Shown piece after piece: positions 9,897-19,809 of a DNA stretch of 64,000 nt (within the stretch, counting starts at the first letter, position 1; the number at the start of each line of letters is the position of its first letter). A program made the position numbers and the translations under genes. The notes below the pieces were generated by a model. It worked only from the letters and a program-made list of their open reading frames with translations. It did not search any database and had not been told where the DNA came from. The stretch is from a virus: positions 34,084 to 98,083 of IMG/VR virus record IMGVR_UViG_3300046002_004036; one strand, 5' to 3'.

Positions 9897-10823
9897 TTAT
9901 TTTAGCATAGAGATGATTGAATTGTCAAACTGGAATTCCAATTTTTTAATTGCATCATCATCCATATCGCCGATATCTTTATATTTTTTATCTAACTGTA
10001 TTACTGTAACAAGGTGACCTAGTTTTTCAACTAGTTTATCTTTCATGATAGAGCCAGCCTCATCATTATCTGCAACCAGTACAACATTATTGAAGTACTT
10101 TGCTAATAACTTAATCTGCGAAGCAGACACATTAGCACCCAGCGTTGCAACTGCTGGGAAACCTACTTGATCTAGTCTTATAGCATCAAATGATGATTCA
10201 ACTACATAGACTGTTGTTGATGTTTTAACCTTGTGCAAGTTAAACAAAATTTTACTTTTTGGTAGTCCAGGAGTATTTTTAAAATCTTTACCCTCAACTG
10301 TTCTAGCAACAAAACCAATACACATTCCATCAGGTGTTGCCATTGGAATAATTACTGAATCTTGCTTTTCAGAAAATCCTAGATTAAATTTTACCACAGA
10401 ATCTTTTGTAATGCTGCGACCTTCAAAATATCTCATTGCTCTTGGTGACTCAAGCGCTTGATTATTTAATCTTTTAATTAATACTTCGTCATACTGAACA
10501 AAATCAGCGGGTGCGTATAAAGCTTTATCAATTATTGATGAAAGGTTTGACTCTTGTTCTTTGCTTTTAATATATCTTGCTGCTTCAAAGTATGTTCTGT
10601 TTGACATAAACATAATTAACTCTGTTAAATTCTTAGTCACTTGACAGCCAAAACAAAAAAACAAACCAGACTCTTTGGATACTTCTCCTGCAGGTGTTCT
10701 GTTGTTATTGTGATAAGGACAGAATATAATAAAGTCAGATCCAAACTCTGCTTCAATATCAATTCCTGCCCCGTTAAGAACACGGCGGATTTGATCCTCT
10801 GTGTATATATCGTTACTTGCCAT
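9897..10823 (-). CDS. dnaG: DNA primase (zinc finger plus Toprim)
   Basis: CPYH...CFGC zinc finger; VVESSFDA and DNDEAG Toprim motifs; start moved to MASND. Confidence 0.92.
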   Translation of the reverse strand: MASNDIYTEDQIRRVLNGAGIDIEAEFGSDFIIFCPYHNNNRTPAGEVSKESGLFFCFGCQVTKNLTELIMFMSNRTYFEAARYIKSKEQESNLSSIIDKALYAPADFVQYDEVLIKRLNNQALESPRAMRYFEGRSITKDSVVKFNLGFSEKQDSVIIPMATPDGMCIGFVARTVEGKDFKNTPGLPKSKILFNLHKVKTSTTVYVVESSFDAIRLDQVGFPAVATLGANVSASQIKLLAKYFNNVVLVADNDEAGSIMKDKLVEKLGHLVTVIQLDKKYKDIGDMDDDAIKKLEFQFDNSIISMLK

Positions 10824-12036
10824 CTTCAAAATCCTTATAACGATAATAACCTTTGTCAAAGTCACACTGAACCAGAAAGTCTCCCATAAAACCATTACGG
10901 TTCTTTCTGAAAGCACATTCAATAATGTCGCTATTAGTTGCACGACCCATTGCTAAAACCCAGTCAGCATCATATGCAATCTGCCTAGACCATGCAGTCT
11001 GTGCAAGTGTTGGAACTGTAGATAGATCTTTTACATCGTCTGGTGTAGCAGATGAAATAGCAATAATAGGTACTTCTTCACCAATAGCCATTAGTTTAAG
11101 TTCTCGTGAAAGGTTTTTCATCTTTACCGTTTCATTATCAGCTTTTTGATTTGGATTCATTAGCTGGAGATAATCTACTACAACAAAATCAGGCTTGTAT
11201 TGATCTAGTTTTCCACGAATAATAGATGGTGTTACTTCACCACCTGAGTCATTTGAGATAATATGAAATGGTGGACGACCTTCAATTTTATCTGCATGCC
11301 ATTTTTTCATCATATCAAGTTCTACTTCACCGTTTGACAACTTGCGATGAGACCAAAGACCTTCACCCATAATTGTAAATGCACGATTACGTACTTCTGT
11401 TTCACTCATTTCAAGTGAGATTACAAGGGGTGTCTTACCCTGCTTCCAGGCCTGTACAGCAAAGTAGAGAGCCATCCAAGACTTTCCTATGCCTGGGTAT
11501 GCTAAGAAGACTCCTAGTTGACCTGGCATAATTCCAGAAGGTAGATAATTATCAAACCCTGGCAAACCTGTTTTGATTCCTCTATGACCTAGACGATGCT
11601 GCTCTTTAACTTGTTCAAAGTATGCAATTGCAGAATCAATATCTGTTGCATCAATATCTCTAATTGCTGCTGTATTCTTTTTTAACTGTGATGTTTTTGT
11701 AATTAATTCTTCAAGGGCTTGGCCTCCTTGCCCATTTTGTACTTCTCCTGCTGCAGATCGTAAAATATCTTTAAGGCTATCATTTAAATATTCTGATTGT
11801 AATTCTTCAAGGTGATGCTTTGTTGCACCTATACCCTGGACTGGTTGAAAGTCTCTAAACTTTTCAACTACCAAAGATGTTGGTGGAACAGTGCCATTAT
11901 TTTCTGCATACAATCTAATAAAATTCCACACGTCATTATGTGTGCGAAGCAATGTTTCTACATTTGCCTGTAGCAAAACGTGAAGTTGTTTATCTGCTAG
12001 GACTGCGGAGATTACTTTTGCTTCTGTATTATTCAC
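10813..12036 (-). CDS. dnaB: Replicative DNA helicase
   Basis: AYPGIGKS Walker A, SLEM, VVDYLQLM, KNRNG. Confidence 0.95.
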   Translation of the reverse strand: MNNTEAKVISAVLADKQLHVLLQANVETLLRTHNDVWNFIRLYAENNGTVPPTSLVVEKFRDFQPVQGIGATKHHLEELQSEYLNDSLKDILRSAAGEVQNGQGGQALEELITKTSQLKKNTAAIRDIDATDIDSAIAYFEQVKEQHRLGHRGIKTGLPGFDNYLPSGIMPGQLGVFLAYPGIGKSWMALYFAVQAWKQGKTPLVISLEMSETEVRNRAFTIMGEGLWSHRKLSNGEVELDMMKKWHADKIEGRPPFHIISNDSGGEVTPSIIRGKLDQYKPDFVVVDYLQLMNPNQKADNETVKMKNLSRELKLMAIGEEVPIIAISSATPDDVKDLSTVPTLAQTAWSRQIAYDADWVLAMGRATNSDIIECAFRKNRNGFMGDFLVQCDFDKGYYRYKDFEDGK

Positions 12037-12337
12037 TCAGCCACTCCTTTGCTTTTTTTCTTAGTTCTGCTCTTTGTTTAATATCTTGTTGTACTTCTAG
12101 TTTACCATTAAGAATTTTTTCTGCATTATATGCAAAGTAATTCCATGTAGGATCTTGTGCAATCTTAAAGTAATACTCTAATAAATCATAGCATTCAGAG
12201 ATACCATAGGATTCAATGAGACCATCTGCTGCCCACTGTTCAACATTTAAATTAATATTAGACTTACGCTCATACCTTTGGGTATAAAATTTGTTATAGC
12301 GACTGAGCAAAGCCATTCTGTCTTTGCGTTCAGCCAT
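12029..12337 (-). CDS. Hypothetical protein (possible helicase loader)
   Basis: Overlaps the dnaB start; function guessed from position only. Confidence 0.6.
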   Translation of the reverse strand: MAERKDRMALLSRYNKFYTQRYERKSNINLNVEQWAADGLIESYGISECYDLLEYYFKIAQDPTWNYFAYNAEKILNGKLEVQQDIKQRAELRKKAKEWLSE

Positions 12338-12546
12338 TATCCTTCAGATGCCTCTTCTTGTGCTTCCTTAATCTTTTCTGTAAGCTTGTCTTCAACAAAC
12401 TTATAAACACGATCAAAAGCCTGCTCTGTGGTTTCACCATCACGCTTATTGTCAATAACGCCAAGATCAAGTCTTAGTGATTGAAAATTTCCTAGATTAA
12501 GTGTATATCCTAATGTTACGTTTACTTTAGTTGAATCATTTTCCAT
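12337..12546 (-). CDS. Hypothetical protein
   Basis: GYTLNLGNFQSLRLD; preceded by a purine-rich RBS-like sequence. Confidence 0.7.
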   Translation of the reverse strand: MENDSTKVNVTLGYTLNLGNFQSLRLDLGVIDNKRDGETTEQAFDRVYKFVEDKLTEKIKEAQEEASEG

Positions 12547-12596
12547 TGTCCCACCCATTTTCTTTGTTTTAATAATTGTAGCACATAACCAAACCT

Positions 12597-13139
12597 TTAG
12601 ATACTTTCACTCCATGTAGGAATAAATCTACCGTCTTCTGTCTTTGTATATGTAAGTATACCGTCTCCCATGCGCCGTGTCAATTCTTGTGTTGTTGGAG
12701 TCATGTTATTAGTTATTAATTTATCTTTTCTTGGTTGCCCAATATGAATACTTGCTAGTATTGCACGTATCTCTCTTACTTGTGATTCAGAATAGTATGC
12801 TCTGACTTGCCATCCTGTTTCCCCTCCAAATTTTGATCCTGTTGGTTTTGGTATAGTTCCTGCTTTTATTAGCCTTGGCATATATTTACGATGCCTATTG
12901 ACAAGTATTGCTGTTTCTGCTATGGTATATGCTCGTTCTCTGTTCCGCCTGAAATCTGTACGTAGACAAGTTTCAAGTCTATCTTTTGTAATGTTATAAA
13001 AAGAAACCATTCCAGTAGATCTTGAGCTATGGTGAATTCTAACTAAATCATTATTTAAAAACCAAACTTTTTGATTTCCTTTTATTACAGATTCGTTATT
13101 GTATTCATCGCTCTGTATTTTTCGTTTAGCAGTAGCCAT
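12597..13139 (-). CDS. MerR/excisionase-like HTH DNA-binding protein
   Basis: AYTIAETAILVNRHRKYM...GTIPKP...RAYYSESQV. Confidence 0.7.
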   Translation of the reverse strand: MATAKRKIQSDEYNNESVIKGNQKVWFLNNDLVRIHHSSRSTGMVSFYNITKDRLETCLRTDFRRNRERAYTIAETAILVNRHRKYMPRLIKAGTIPKPTGSKFGGETGWQVRAYYSESQVREIRAILASIHIGQPRKDKLITNNMTPTTQELTRRMGDGILTYTKTEDGRFIPTWSESI

Positions 13140-13276
13140 CTGCCCTCCCGACTATCTTGCGGTGGATGATAAAATTTTCTTTCTCCACATCGGATACAAT
13201 AAGTTTCAAGATGCATCTGAGAAGTATATTGTCTATCAAGAAACACTCTGCCTTTGCATTTATTACAGCTTATCAA
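13085..13276 (-). CDS. Zinc-ribbon protein
   Basis: CNKC...CIRCG. Confidence 0.65.
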   Translation of the reverse strand: MISCNKCKGRVFLDRQYTSQMHLETYCIRCGERKFYHPPQDSREGRWLLLNEKYRAMNTITNL

Positions 13277-13469
13277 TTTTTTTATTTTCTAAAATAATTT
13301 TTTCTTTTAAGTCATCCGAGTATTCTTTTATTGTTTTTTCTTTTAATTTATTATCGTCTAGCATTTGAGTTATTTCTGCACGAAGAATTGCAATTTGTGT
13401 TTCATAATTTGATACTAACTCACCTATACGTTGCTGTAAGGCGGTAATAATTAATTCGGCTTTTTCCAT
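13263..13469 (-). CDS. Coiled-coil hypothetical protein
   Basis: Heptad pattern; operon-coupled. Confidence 0.65.
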   Translation of the reverse strand: MEKAELIITALQQRIGELVSNYETQIAILRAEITQMLDDNKLKEKTIKEYSDDLKEKIILENKKIDKL

Positions 13470-13477
13470 TTAATTTC

Positions 13478-13690
13478 CTATGCTTGTAGTGTAGCTAATT
13501 CAGATAATAGTGCTTCTTTTTTGGAAGTCTCATTATCAATCTGTTGATTTAAATTGTCTACGTTAGCCTGATTAATAGTCTCAACAGCTTGTTCTGCTAT
13601 TAGACTAACATAAAGGTTATAGATATTTGATACAACAGATTTAATATGCTGTGTTACTATATTTGATTTTTCTTCATTAGTTAGTTCCAT
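13478..13690 (-). CDS. Hypothetical helical protein
   Basis: 70-aa ORF in the operon. Confidence 0.65.
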   Translation of the reverse strand: MELTNEEKSNIVTQHIKSVVSNIYNLYVSLIAEQAVETINQANVDNLNQQIDNETSKKEALLSELATLQA

Positions 13691-13702
13691 TTTATTTCCA
13701 TT

Positions 13703-13975
13703 CTATATAAAGTCAGGGACATCTTGTACTGCGCCCCATTTTCCTAGTGGGCATTCAGCATGTGGAAGTTTTGCCTTTTGAGCCATAAAGCATCCACATT
13801 TTTTGCATTGTCCAGTAGACTTAAGAAATGACGGACATTTTTTGCATAGACTATATCTATCATTAAATGTTTCTTTATCTACGTTTTCAATTTTTGGATT
13901 TAATAGGTCCCACGGCCTTGCTGCATCCCCTGCGCTTTTTTCTTTCCAAAGTTGCCAAGCAGATTTTTCTGTCAT
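13703..13975 (-). CDS. Six-Cys metal-binding protein (paralog of 59800..59997)
   Basis: R..CKKC...CKKCGCFM..K..L..A.CP..KW. Confidence 0.75.
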   Translation of the reverse strand: MTEKSAWQLWKEKSAGDAARPWDLLNPKIENVDKETFNDRYSLCKKCPSFLKSTGQCKKCGCFMAQKAKLPHAECPLGKWGAVQDVPDFI

Positions 13976-14193
13976 TATAAGACCTCTGGTTCTGTAAATA
14001 TTCCAGTTTCGGAATCATATTTAGCACCTGTAGCAACTGATAATGGATCATCAATAAATCTTTGTGAAACATCTATAACAATTGGATTACTAGTAAAAAT
14101 AGCAGCTAGTCTTTCATCTGTATGCAAAACATCTGTAACTTCGCCATCTAAAATAAATGCTAACTTTATAGGTGTTTTATCTTGTTCTGTCAT
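13975..14193 (-). CDS. Small tail-fibre-assembly-like protein
   Basis: AFILDGEV...GAKYDSETGIFTEP resembles the small partner proteins at 53.8-56.1 kb; GGAG RBS. Confidence 0.6.
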   Translation of the reverse strand: MTEQDKTPIKLAFILDGEVTDVLHTDERLAAIFTSNPIVIDVSQRFIDDPLSVATGAKYDSETGIFTEPEVL

Positions 14194-14254
14194 TATTTTC
14201 TCCTTTCGCTTATCTTTTAATTATATCACAAACAACAAACACTTGACAACTAAA

Positions 14255-16825
14255 TTAATTAATTTGAAAATCATCAAATTGAGTTCCGCCACTGCCTGTT
14301 CCTGGCGGTGTTTTTATTATTCCAAAAGCGCTCTGGCCTACAAGCGAAGATTTTGTTGGGTTTGATGCGGTATAAGATTTTGTAGTTATTGTTGAACTTC
14401 TTGCCGTATTAGAATATAATGTTGTAGATATATTATTACCTGAAGTGGATACAGAAATTCCACCAATTGTTGATGGAGATTCTTCATTTGAAAAAATATT
14501 TTCTGTATTAACTGTAGAAACACTAGAACCATCCGCTTTTAATGTATCAAGTCTTGTATTATAAACAGTTACACTAGATGAGCTATTTGAACAATTTGTT
14601 GGTAGCGATCCTCCATATTGTGTATTTGGTCCAACAGTACATCCATAAACTGAAGCATCATATTCTGTTGTAGAAGCAGAACTGTCATAGACTGTTGTAT
14701 TTACGTATGCATCATATACAATAGTTGAACCTGGATAATCGTATACGGTTGTATTTGTAGAAACAGAACTGTCATAAACGGTTGTATTTACGTATGCATC
14801 ATATATAATAGTTGAACTTGTAGAGTCGTATATAGTTGTATTTACAGTTGCATCATATACAAGAAATCCATTTACGAATCTTGTTTTGCAGTTATTTCCA
14901 GCACTTCCTAGACCGTTATTTGGGCAACTACTTGAAGTTCTTGTTTTGCAATTGCTTCCAGCACTTCCCGATCCATTGTCTGGGCAGGAGCTTGTAGTTC
15001 TTGATTTACAGTTACTAAATAAGTTTCCTGATCCATTATTTGGGCAAGTACTTGAGGTTCTTGACTTACAGTTGCTTCCAGCACTTCCCGATCCATTGTC
15101 TGGGCAAGAAGTAGAACTCACAGTTCTTGACTTACAGTTGCTTCCAGCACTTCCCGATCCATTGTCTGGGCAAGTACCTACAGTTCTTTGTTTACAATAG
15201 CTCAATAAATTTCCTGAGCTATTGTCTGGGCAAGTACTTACAGTTCTTGTTTTGCAATTGCTTCCAGCACTTCCAGAGCTGTTATCTGGGCAACTGGTAA
15301 CAATTCTTGTTTTACAGTTAGTTCCTAAGCTTCCTGTATTGTTATCTGGGCAAGTAGGAATAGTTGCAGTTGTATAATATACATATTTAGTTACAGCAGA
15401 TGAAGTTTTATTAACTCTTGAAGCCCACCAAGACCCAGCATCTGTTGACCAAAATGTTAGTCCAAGGCCTTCCGAGCCAGAAGGAAAACTAGCAGAAACA
15501 ACTGCATCGGTAGTTCCATCTAAAATAACTGATTGTTGCGGATATGTAGTTGGAGTTGATCCCGAAACAGTACTTGTAATAGATGCTACAGAACCGTTAA
15601 CGCTCCAAAGAGAACCGTTAGAGCTAAGGCTATATATATAGGAATTTGGACTCATAGCAGAATTAATAATTGGAGTCATTGTACCTAATCCCCCAGATAC
15701 CGTTCTTGTATAATTATCTATTACTTGACCAATTTTTGCATCAATTGATGAACTGTAGTAGTAGTAAAATGTTGTTCCATCAAGTGCAAGAACTTCGTCA
15801 ATATAGTAAAAATAATATTTTGGGGCAGTAGCATCATTTTGATTTACATTATATGGAGAAGAACCTGCATTAGATATAGATGAACTGGTTAATCCACTTG
15901 TTAGTGGGGTAGAAAAAATTGTTCTTCCAATGTATGAAGTTTTAGATTGAAATGTTCCAGATTGATAAGTACCAGATGTTCCAGTTATTGCTGCAAATGC
16001 GTACCCAGTTCCACTAATAGATGGGGAAGTTAATTGAGTTGGAACAGGTGAGGCATTTGTAGTAATTGTTAAAGTATTTGAATCATTACCTTGATAGCCT
16101 CTATATGTAGCATTTATACCAGTAATTGGAATTACTTTAAAATCATAAGATGTGCTGGATAAAAGACTAGATATTGTTGCTGTAGTTCCAGATTCTACTG
16201 AAGAAAATGAAAAAGTGGCATCTGAAGATAATTTGTAATAAACTAAATAATTAGCAGCATTTGCCGCGGCGGTAGAAGTCCAATTAATACTAACTGAGTT
16301 ATATGTGTGGCTTGTTTCTACAATTGTTATATTTTCTGGCCCATATATAGTTGTATTGCCAGAAGTTGATGATGCGGAGGTGGAATAAGTTGAATTAGTA
16401 GCAGTTACAACATACCTATATATATTAGTAGCATTTGGAGATACGTCAGTTAAATTATTTTGTAATAAATATGTATTTGTATTACTTGATCCAGAAGATG
16501 GATTAGTTGCGGATCCAGATGCTATTTGTGTCCAATTTGTTCCGCTATCTGTACTTTTATCAAATCTATATGTCATTCCAGTTGAATTAATCCAATAATA
16601 GTTTGTTCCAGTTAATGTTTTAGCATATGTTATTCCATCAGTAGATTGTGATATTGTTACCGTATTTTGAATTGATGGGGTTAAAGAAGAAGAAAATATT
16701 AATTTCCAAGATCCCGAAACTTTTAAATATGCAGAAGAAAGATTTTTCCAGACATCAGAATTTTTTAAATATACAGATGCTACATTTCTCCAGTCCCCAT
16801 CACTCCCCTTTAGTTTTATTGTCAT
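14255..16825 (-). CDS. Tail or tail-tip protein with FN3 domain and Cys/YD repeat insert
   Basis: FN3 pattern (SINW...YLVYY...LLSSTSYDFKV); S/T-rich; internal repeats. Confidence 0.75.
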   Translation of the reverse strand: MTIKLKGSDGDWRNVASVYLKNSDVWKNLSSAYLKVSGSWKLIFSSSLTPSIQNTVTISQSTDGITYAKTLTGTNYYWINSTGMTYRFDKSTDSGTNWTQIASGSATNPSSGSSNTNTYLLQNNLTDVSPNATNIYRYVVTATNSTYSTSASSTSGNTTIYGPENITIVETSHTYNSVSINWTSTAAANAANYLVYYKLSSDATFSFSSVESGTTATISSLLSSTSYDFKVIPITGINATYRGYQGNDSNTLTITTNASPVPTQLTSPSISGTGYAFAAITGTSGTYQSGTFQSKTSYIGRTIFSTPLTSGLTSSSISNAGSSPYNVNQNDATAPKYYFYYIDEVLALDGTTFYYYYSSSIDAKIGQVIDNYTRTVSGGLGTMTPIINSAMSPNSYIYSLSSNGSLWSVNGSVASITSTVSGSTPTTYPQQSVILDGTTDAVVSASFPSGSEGLGLTFWSTDAGSWWASRVNKTSSAVTKYVYYTTATIPTCPDNNTGSLGTNCKTRIVTSCPDNSSGSAGSNCKTRTVSTCPDNSSGNLLSYCKQRTVGTCPDNGSGSAGSNCKSRTVSSTSCPDNGSGSAGSNCKSRTSSTCPNNGSGNLFSNCKSRTTSSCPDNGSGSAGSNCKTRTSSSCPNNGLGSAGNNCKTRFVNGFLVYDATVNTTIYDSTSSTIIYDAYVNTTVYDSSVSTNTTVYDYPGSTIVYDAYVNTTVYDSSASTTEYDASVYGCTVGPNTQYGGSLPTNCSNSSSSVTVYNTRLDTLKADGSSVSTVNTENIFSNEESPSTIGGISVSTSGNNISTTLYSNTARSSTITTKSYTASNPTKSSLVGQSAFGIIKTPPGTGSGGTQFDDFQIN
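14645..14866 (-). repeat. 8 tandem ~27-bp repeats encoding TTVYDxxxx
   Basis: Counted in the translation: unit lengths 9,9,9,11,9,9,9,9 aa. Confidence 0.9.
14867..15355 (-). repeat. 8 tandem ~60-bp repeats encoding (T/S)CP(D/N)NxxGxxxxxCKxRxxx
   Basis: Counted in the translation: unit lengths 20,20,20,22,20,20,20,21 aa. Confidence 0.95.
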
Positions 16826-16834
16826 ATTATTACC

Positions 16835-19231
16835 TTAAGGGGTATACACCAATAAGACTGAGCCATTGCCTGCATCTGGAAAAGCCGTAGGATTGCTTCC
16901 AAATGCAGATGTTGTAATAGTGTACATATTTCTTAATCCACCTGATCTATAGTCTTCAGCACTACCACTATATGATCCAGATATTTGTGCATTTTTTGCA
17001 ATTTCAACTTGGCGACCTTCTTGCCCTAAAGAAAGTCTATAGATAAACGTTGATCCAGTTGCTGACTCATCACCTGCAATATCATATCTTTTAAAATCTG
17101 TATACATTAGGTATTGCGAAAGGTTATCATCATAGATTAAAAAGTCAGATCCTGTGTTACTTTGAATTGAATAGTTTCCTACTTTTATTCTTCCAGTGCC
17201 AGTTGAAATAATTCCTGCTTCATCAATAGTCCAACCATTTGTAAGGGTTCCTAGATAACCACCTCCTGCTTTTATATCTCCAGTAATCTCTGCATCTGTT
17301 GCAAATACTTTACCTGCTACTGTTACTCTAAACTTGTTTGCTGTATCATTTGGGCCTGTTCCGTTACCCGCCCAAAATACAGAATGAGTTACATCATTTC
17401 CTGGGCTATTAATGCCAGCCTTGTATGTGCTAATAGATGAATTTGAAACTGCAATGTATCCATTAGTTGAGTCTATTTCTATATTACCTTTTCCAGATAT
17501 TGACGTTTTAAAAATACTACTTGATGATACGTCCCAGCCTCCGATATTTGCAGAGGCGGTAGTTAGTTTTCCATTGCTTGCATCAATTGTTGTAATACCT
17601 GATACAGAAGATGAGTTAAATGTTAAACCTGAAGAGTTTAATATGTACCCAGCACCTGAAAGGCTGCCCGAAACTATAGTTCCTGAATATAAAGATCCTC
17701 CAGAAATTATTCCAACATTGCCAGCAAAGTATCCACTTCTTGCAGTTATGTCTCCATCAATTGTAAATGTAGATCCATCCCAAGAAATATAGTTTGTCGT
17801 GCTTCCGCCTACTTTTAATGATGCTGATTGTGCTGAGTCTATATACCAATAGTTATGTGTATTAAATACTAAACCTCTTTTACCAGTATCTACTCCATAT
17901 CCAAATTTAAATGTTCCAGTATCGGTTCCACTTACTCCTGCTTGAAAATATCCTGTAGTTGATACATTTGTTCCTATAAACGGTGTTCCGCTAATTGCAA
18001 CATTTGAGCCAGCAATGTAAGAAGTAGAATCGTTATTGTATTCATCGTATGTAGCAACTGCAAATTCATATGTTAGTCCTACTCCTAAACCAGATAACCT
18101 GTATGCCGTTCCAGTACCTGGTGAGTCGGCATATGAGTAGGATGATACAGGACTTGTTACTGGTCTATATCTTATTCTGTATCCACGAATACCGCCAGTT
18201 GTGACGGCAGCCCAAGAAATATCTGCATAACCATTAAACCCAATTGTTCCAGTAGTATCTAATCCGCCTGTTGTTGTAACTGTTGCTACATCTGCTGGTC
18301 CTGTTGTATCTGCTACAACTGGGTTTGTTGGAGTAATTTTGTATGCAGTTGAAAATGGTGTTGCAAGTCCCGCATCTGAATAAAACCTTGCCTTAACCCA
18401 ACGTGCATTAAAGTTTGAAGTAATAATATTTGCGGGATTAACTGTTCCAAAATATGATCTAAGATAAGTAACTCCTGTTGGAGCAGTAGAACTTGTTGAC
18501 TCATATTCTACAATTTCAATTGAGTTATATCGTGCTTCAGTTGGTGTGGTATAGGCAACGCTATAACCAGCATTGATTGCTGTTACAGTAATTGTTGGGG
18601 TTGGTAGGTCTAAGGTATAGGTAGGAATAGATGCAACACACGCTGTGCTACTTTTATTATAAAATGGATCTATTGATAAAACGCAGATGGCTGTAAATAC
18701 TGTTCTTTGGATTCCAAACATTGATTCGTTTAGTGCTTTTGTTACTGTAAGGGTTTGTGCGGTTTGAGTTCTATTTACTAAAAATGATTGAAGGGGTGTT
18801 TGCTTTGTTACTCCATCTGCGGTTAGTTCAACTATAAATTCAGATACCGTTGAATTTAATGAGTCCAAATAATCCCAGTTAAAACCAATTACTAGATCAT
18901 CTCCAGACCAAGATGCAGTAACACTTGATACTGCAGTTGGCGTAACTGCTCCATAACCAGTTTTATAACCTGGATTTCCATTAGATGGTGGAACATACTG
19001 TTTTTCTTTTGTTCCCGAAGGGTTTGCAGATCCTTTTACTCCTGTAGGATTAGAAGTGTTGGTTCCCCCAGAAGCTATCAGCTTTCCGTCAAAACCAACA
19101 ATATCAATTTCTGCACCTTGACGTGATTTTGTTTGTGAAACTTTATTCCAAGCAACTCTAGGGTCATCAGCACTTATTGGTACCGTGGGATTTTTTGCAA
19201 CGCTTTTGCCACTTTTATATTTTGAGTTCAT
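16835..19231 (-). CDS. Minor tail protein with FN3 domains
   Basis: ISWAAV...GYRIRYR...YEFAVATYD FN3 pattern; beta-repeat C-terminus; lies in the tail module. Confidence 0.8.
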   Translation of the reverse strand: MNSKYKSGKSVAKNPTVPISADDPRVAWNKVSQTKSRQGAEIDIVGFDGKLIASGGTNTSNPTGVKGSANPSGTKEKQYVPPSNGNPGYKTGYGAVTPTAVSSVTASWSGDDLVIGFNWDYLDSLNSTVSEFIVELTADGVTKQTPLQSFLVNRTQTAQTLTVTKALNESMFGIQRTVFTAICVLSIDPFYNKSSTACVASIPTYTLDLPTPTITVTAINAGYSVAYTTPTEARYNSIEIVEYESTSSTAPTGVTYLRSYFGTVNPANIITSNFNARWVKARFYSDAGLATPFSTAYKITPTNPVVADTTGPADVATVTTTGGLDTTGTIGFNGYADISWAAVTTGGIRGYRIRYRPVTSPVSSYSYADSPGTGTAYRLSGLGVGLTYEFAVATYDEYNNDSTSYIAGSNVAISGTPFIGTNVSTTGYFQAGVSGTDTGTFKFGYGVDTGKRGLVFNTHNYWYIDSAQSASLKVGGSTTNYISWDGSTFTIDGDITARSGYFAGNVGIISGGSLYSGTIVSGSLSGAGYILNSSGLTFNSSSVSGITTIDASNGKLTTASANIGGWDVSSSSIFKTSISGKGNIEIDSTNGYIAVSNSSISTYKAGINSPGNDVTHSVFWAGNGTGPNDTANKFRVTVAGKVFATDAEITGDIKAGGGYLGTLTNGWTIDEAGIISTGTGRIKVGNYSIQSNTGSDFLIYDDNLSQYLMYTDFKRYDIAGDESATGSTFIYRLSLGQEGRQVEIAKNAQISGSYSGSAEDYRSGGLRNMYTITTSAFGSNPTAFPDAGNGSVLLVYTP

Positions 19232-19243
19232 GGCTGTTCCTAA

Positions 19244-19762
19244 TTATTTTGGACCTGTTGCTTGCCAATTTAAATAAAAATATCCAGTCAAAGGATCAGG
19301 ATCTTCGCTTGTGCTAGTTGCCCTTGTTACTCTAAAACTAAACTGTGAATCAGTTACGTGAAAAATATTAAAAATAATATTATGATTTGTATCGTCAAGT
19401 GCTCCAAATGATGAATGTCCAAATCGCATTGTTCCAGTTACAATAGGTTTGGCACTAAAGGCTGTTGTTCCAGATACTGCGTCTATAAAAGATATGTCTC
19501 CATAAAATATTTGATCTCCTGTGTTGCTAGATGCAGTTGTGGTATCAATTTTAGTTGTGCCATAAAGCATTTTTTGTGGTCCTGGATTATATTCATGAAC
19601 TACATCATTATCGCCATTCCAGTCTACGGTACCCGAACCCTGCACACCAAAATTATTTGTAATAGAGCTAATACTATCGCTATGCTGATTAACAACATTA
19701 ATGACTTGCTGCCATGCACCAAGGTCTATAATATTTGGATCTGATATTTTTACATAAGGCAT
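19244..19762 (-). CDS. Minor tail protein
   Basis: FSAKPIV...NWQATG fibre-domain-like pattern; tail module position. Confidence 0.6.
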   Translation of the reverse strand: MPYVKISDPNIIDLGAWQQVINVVNQHSDSISSITNNFGVQGSGTVDWNGDNDVVHEYNPGPQKMLYGTTKIDTTTASSNTGDQIFYGDISFIDAVSGTTAFSAKPIVTGTMRFGHSSFGALDDTNHNIIFNIFHVTDSQFSFRVTRATSTSEDPDPLTGYFYLNWQATGPK

Positions 19763-19809
19763 TCTTGTTCTCCTATTTTATCAATTATACCATAGCAGAA
19801 TGTTGTCAT

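Noticed and set aside
5928-12036. Inteins or introns in dnaE and dnaB
   Set aside because: Lengths are normal, motifs are contiguous and no splice-junction signature is evident.
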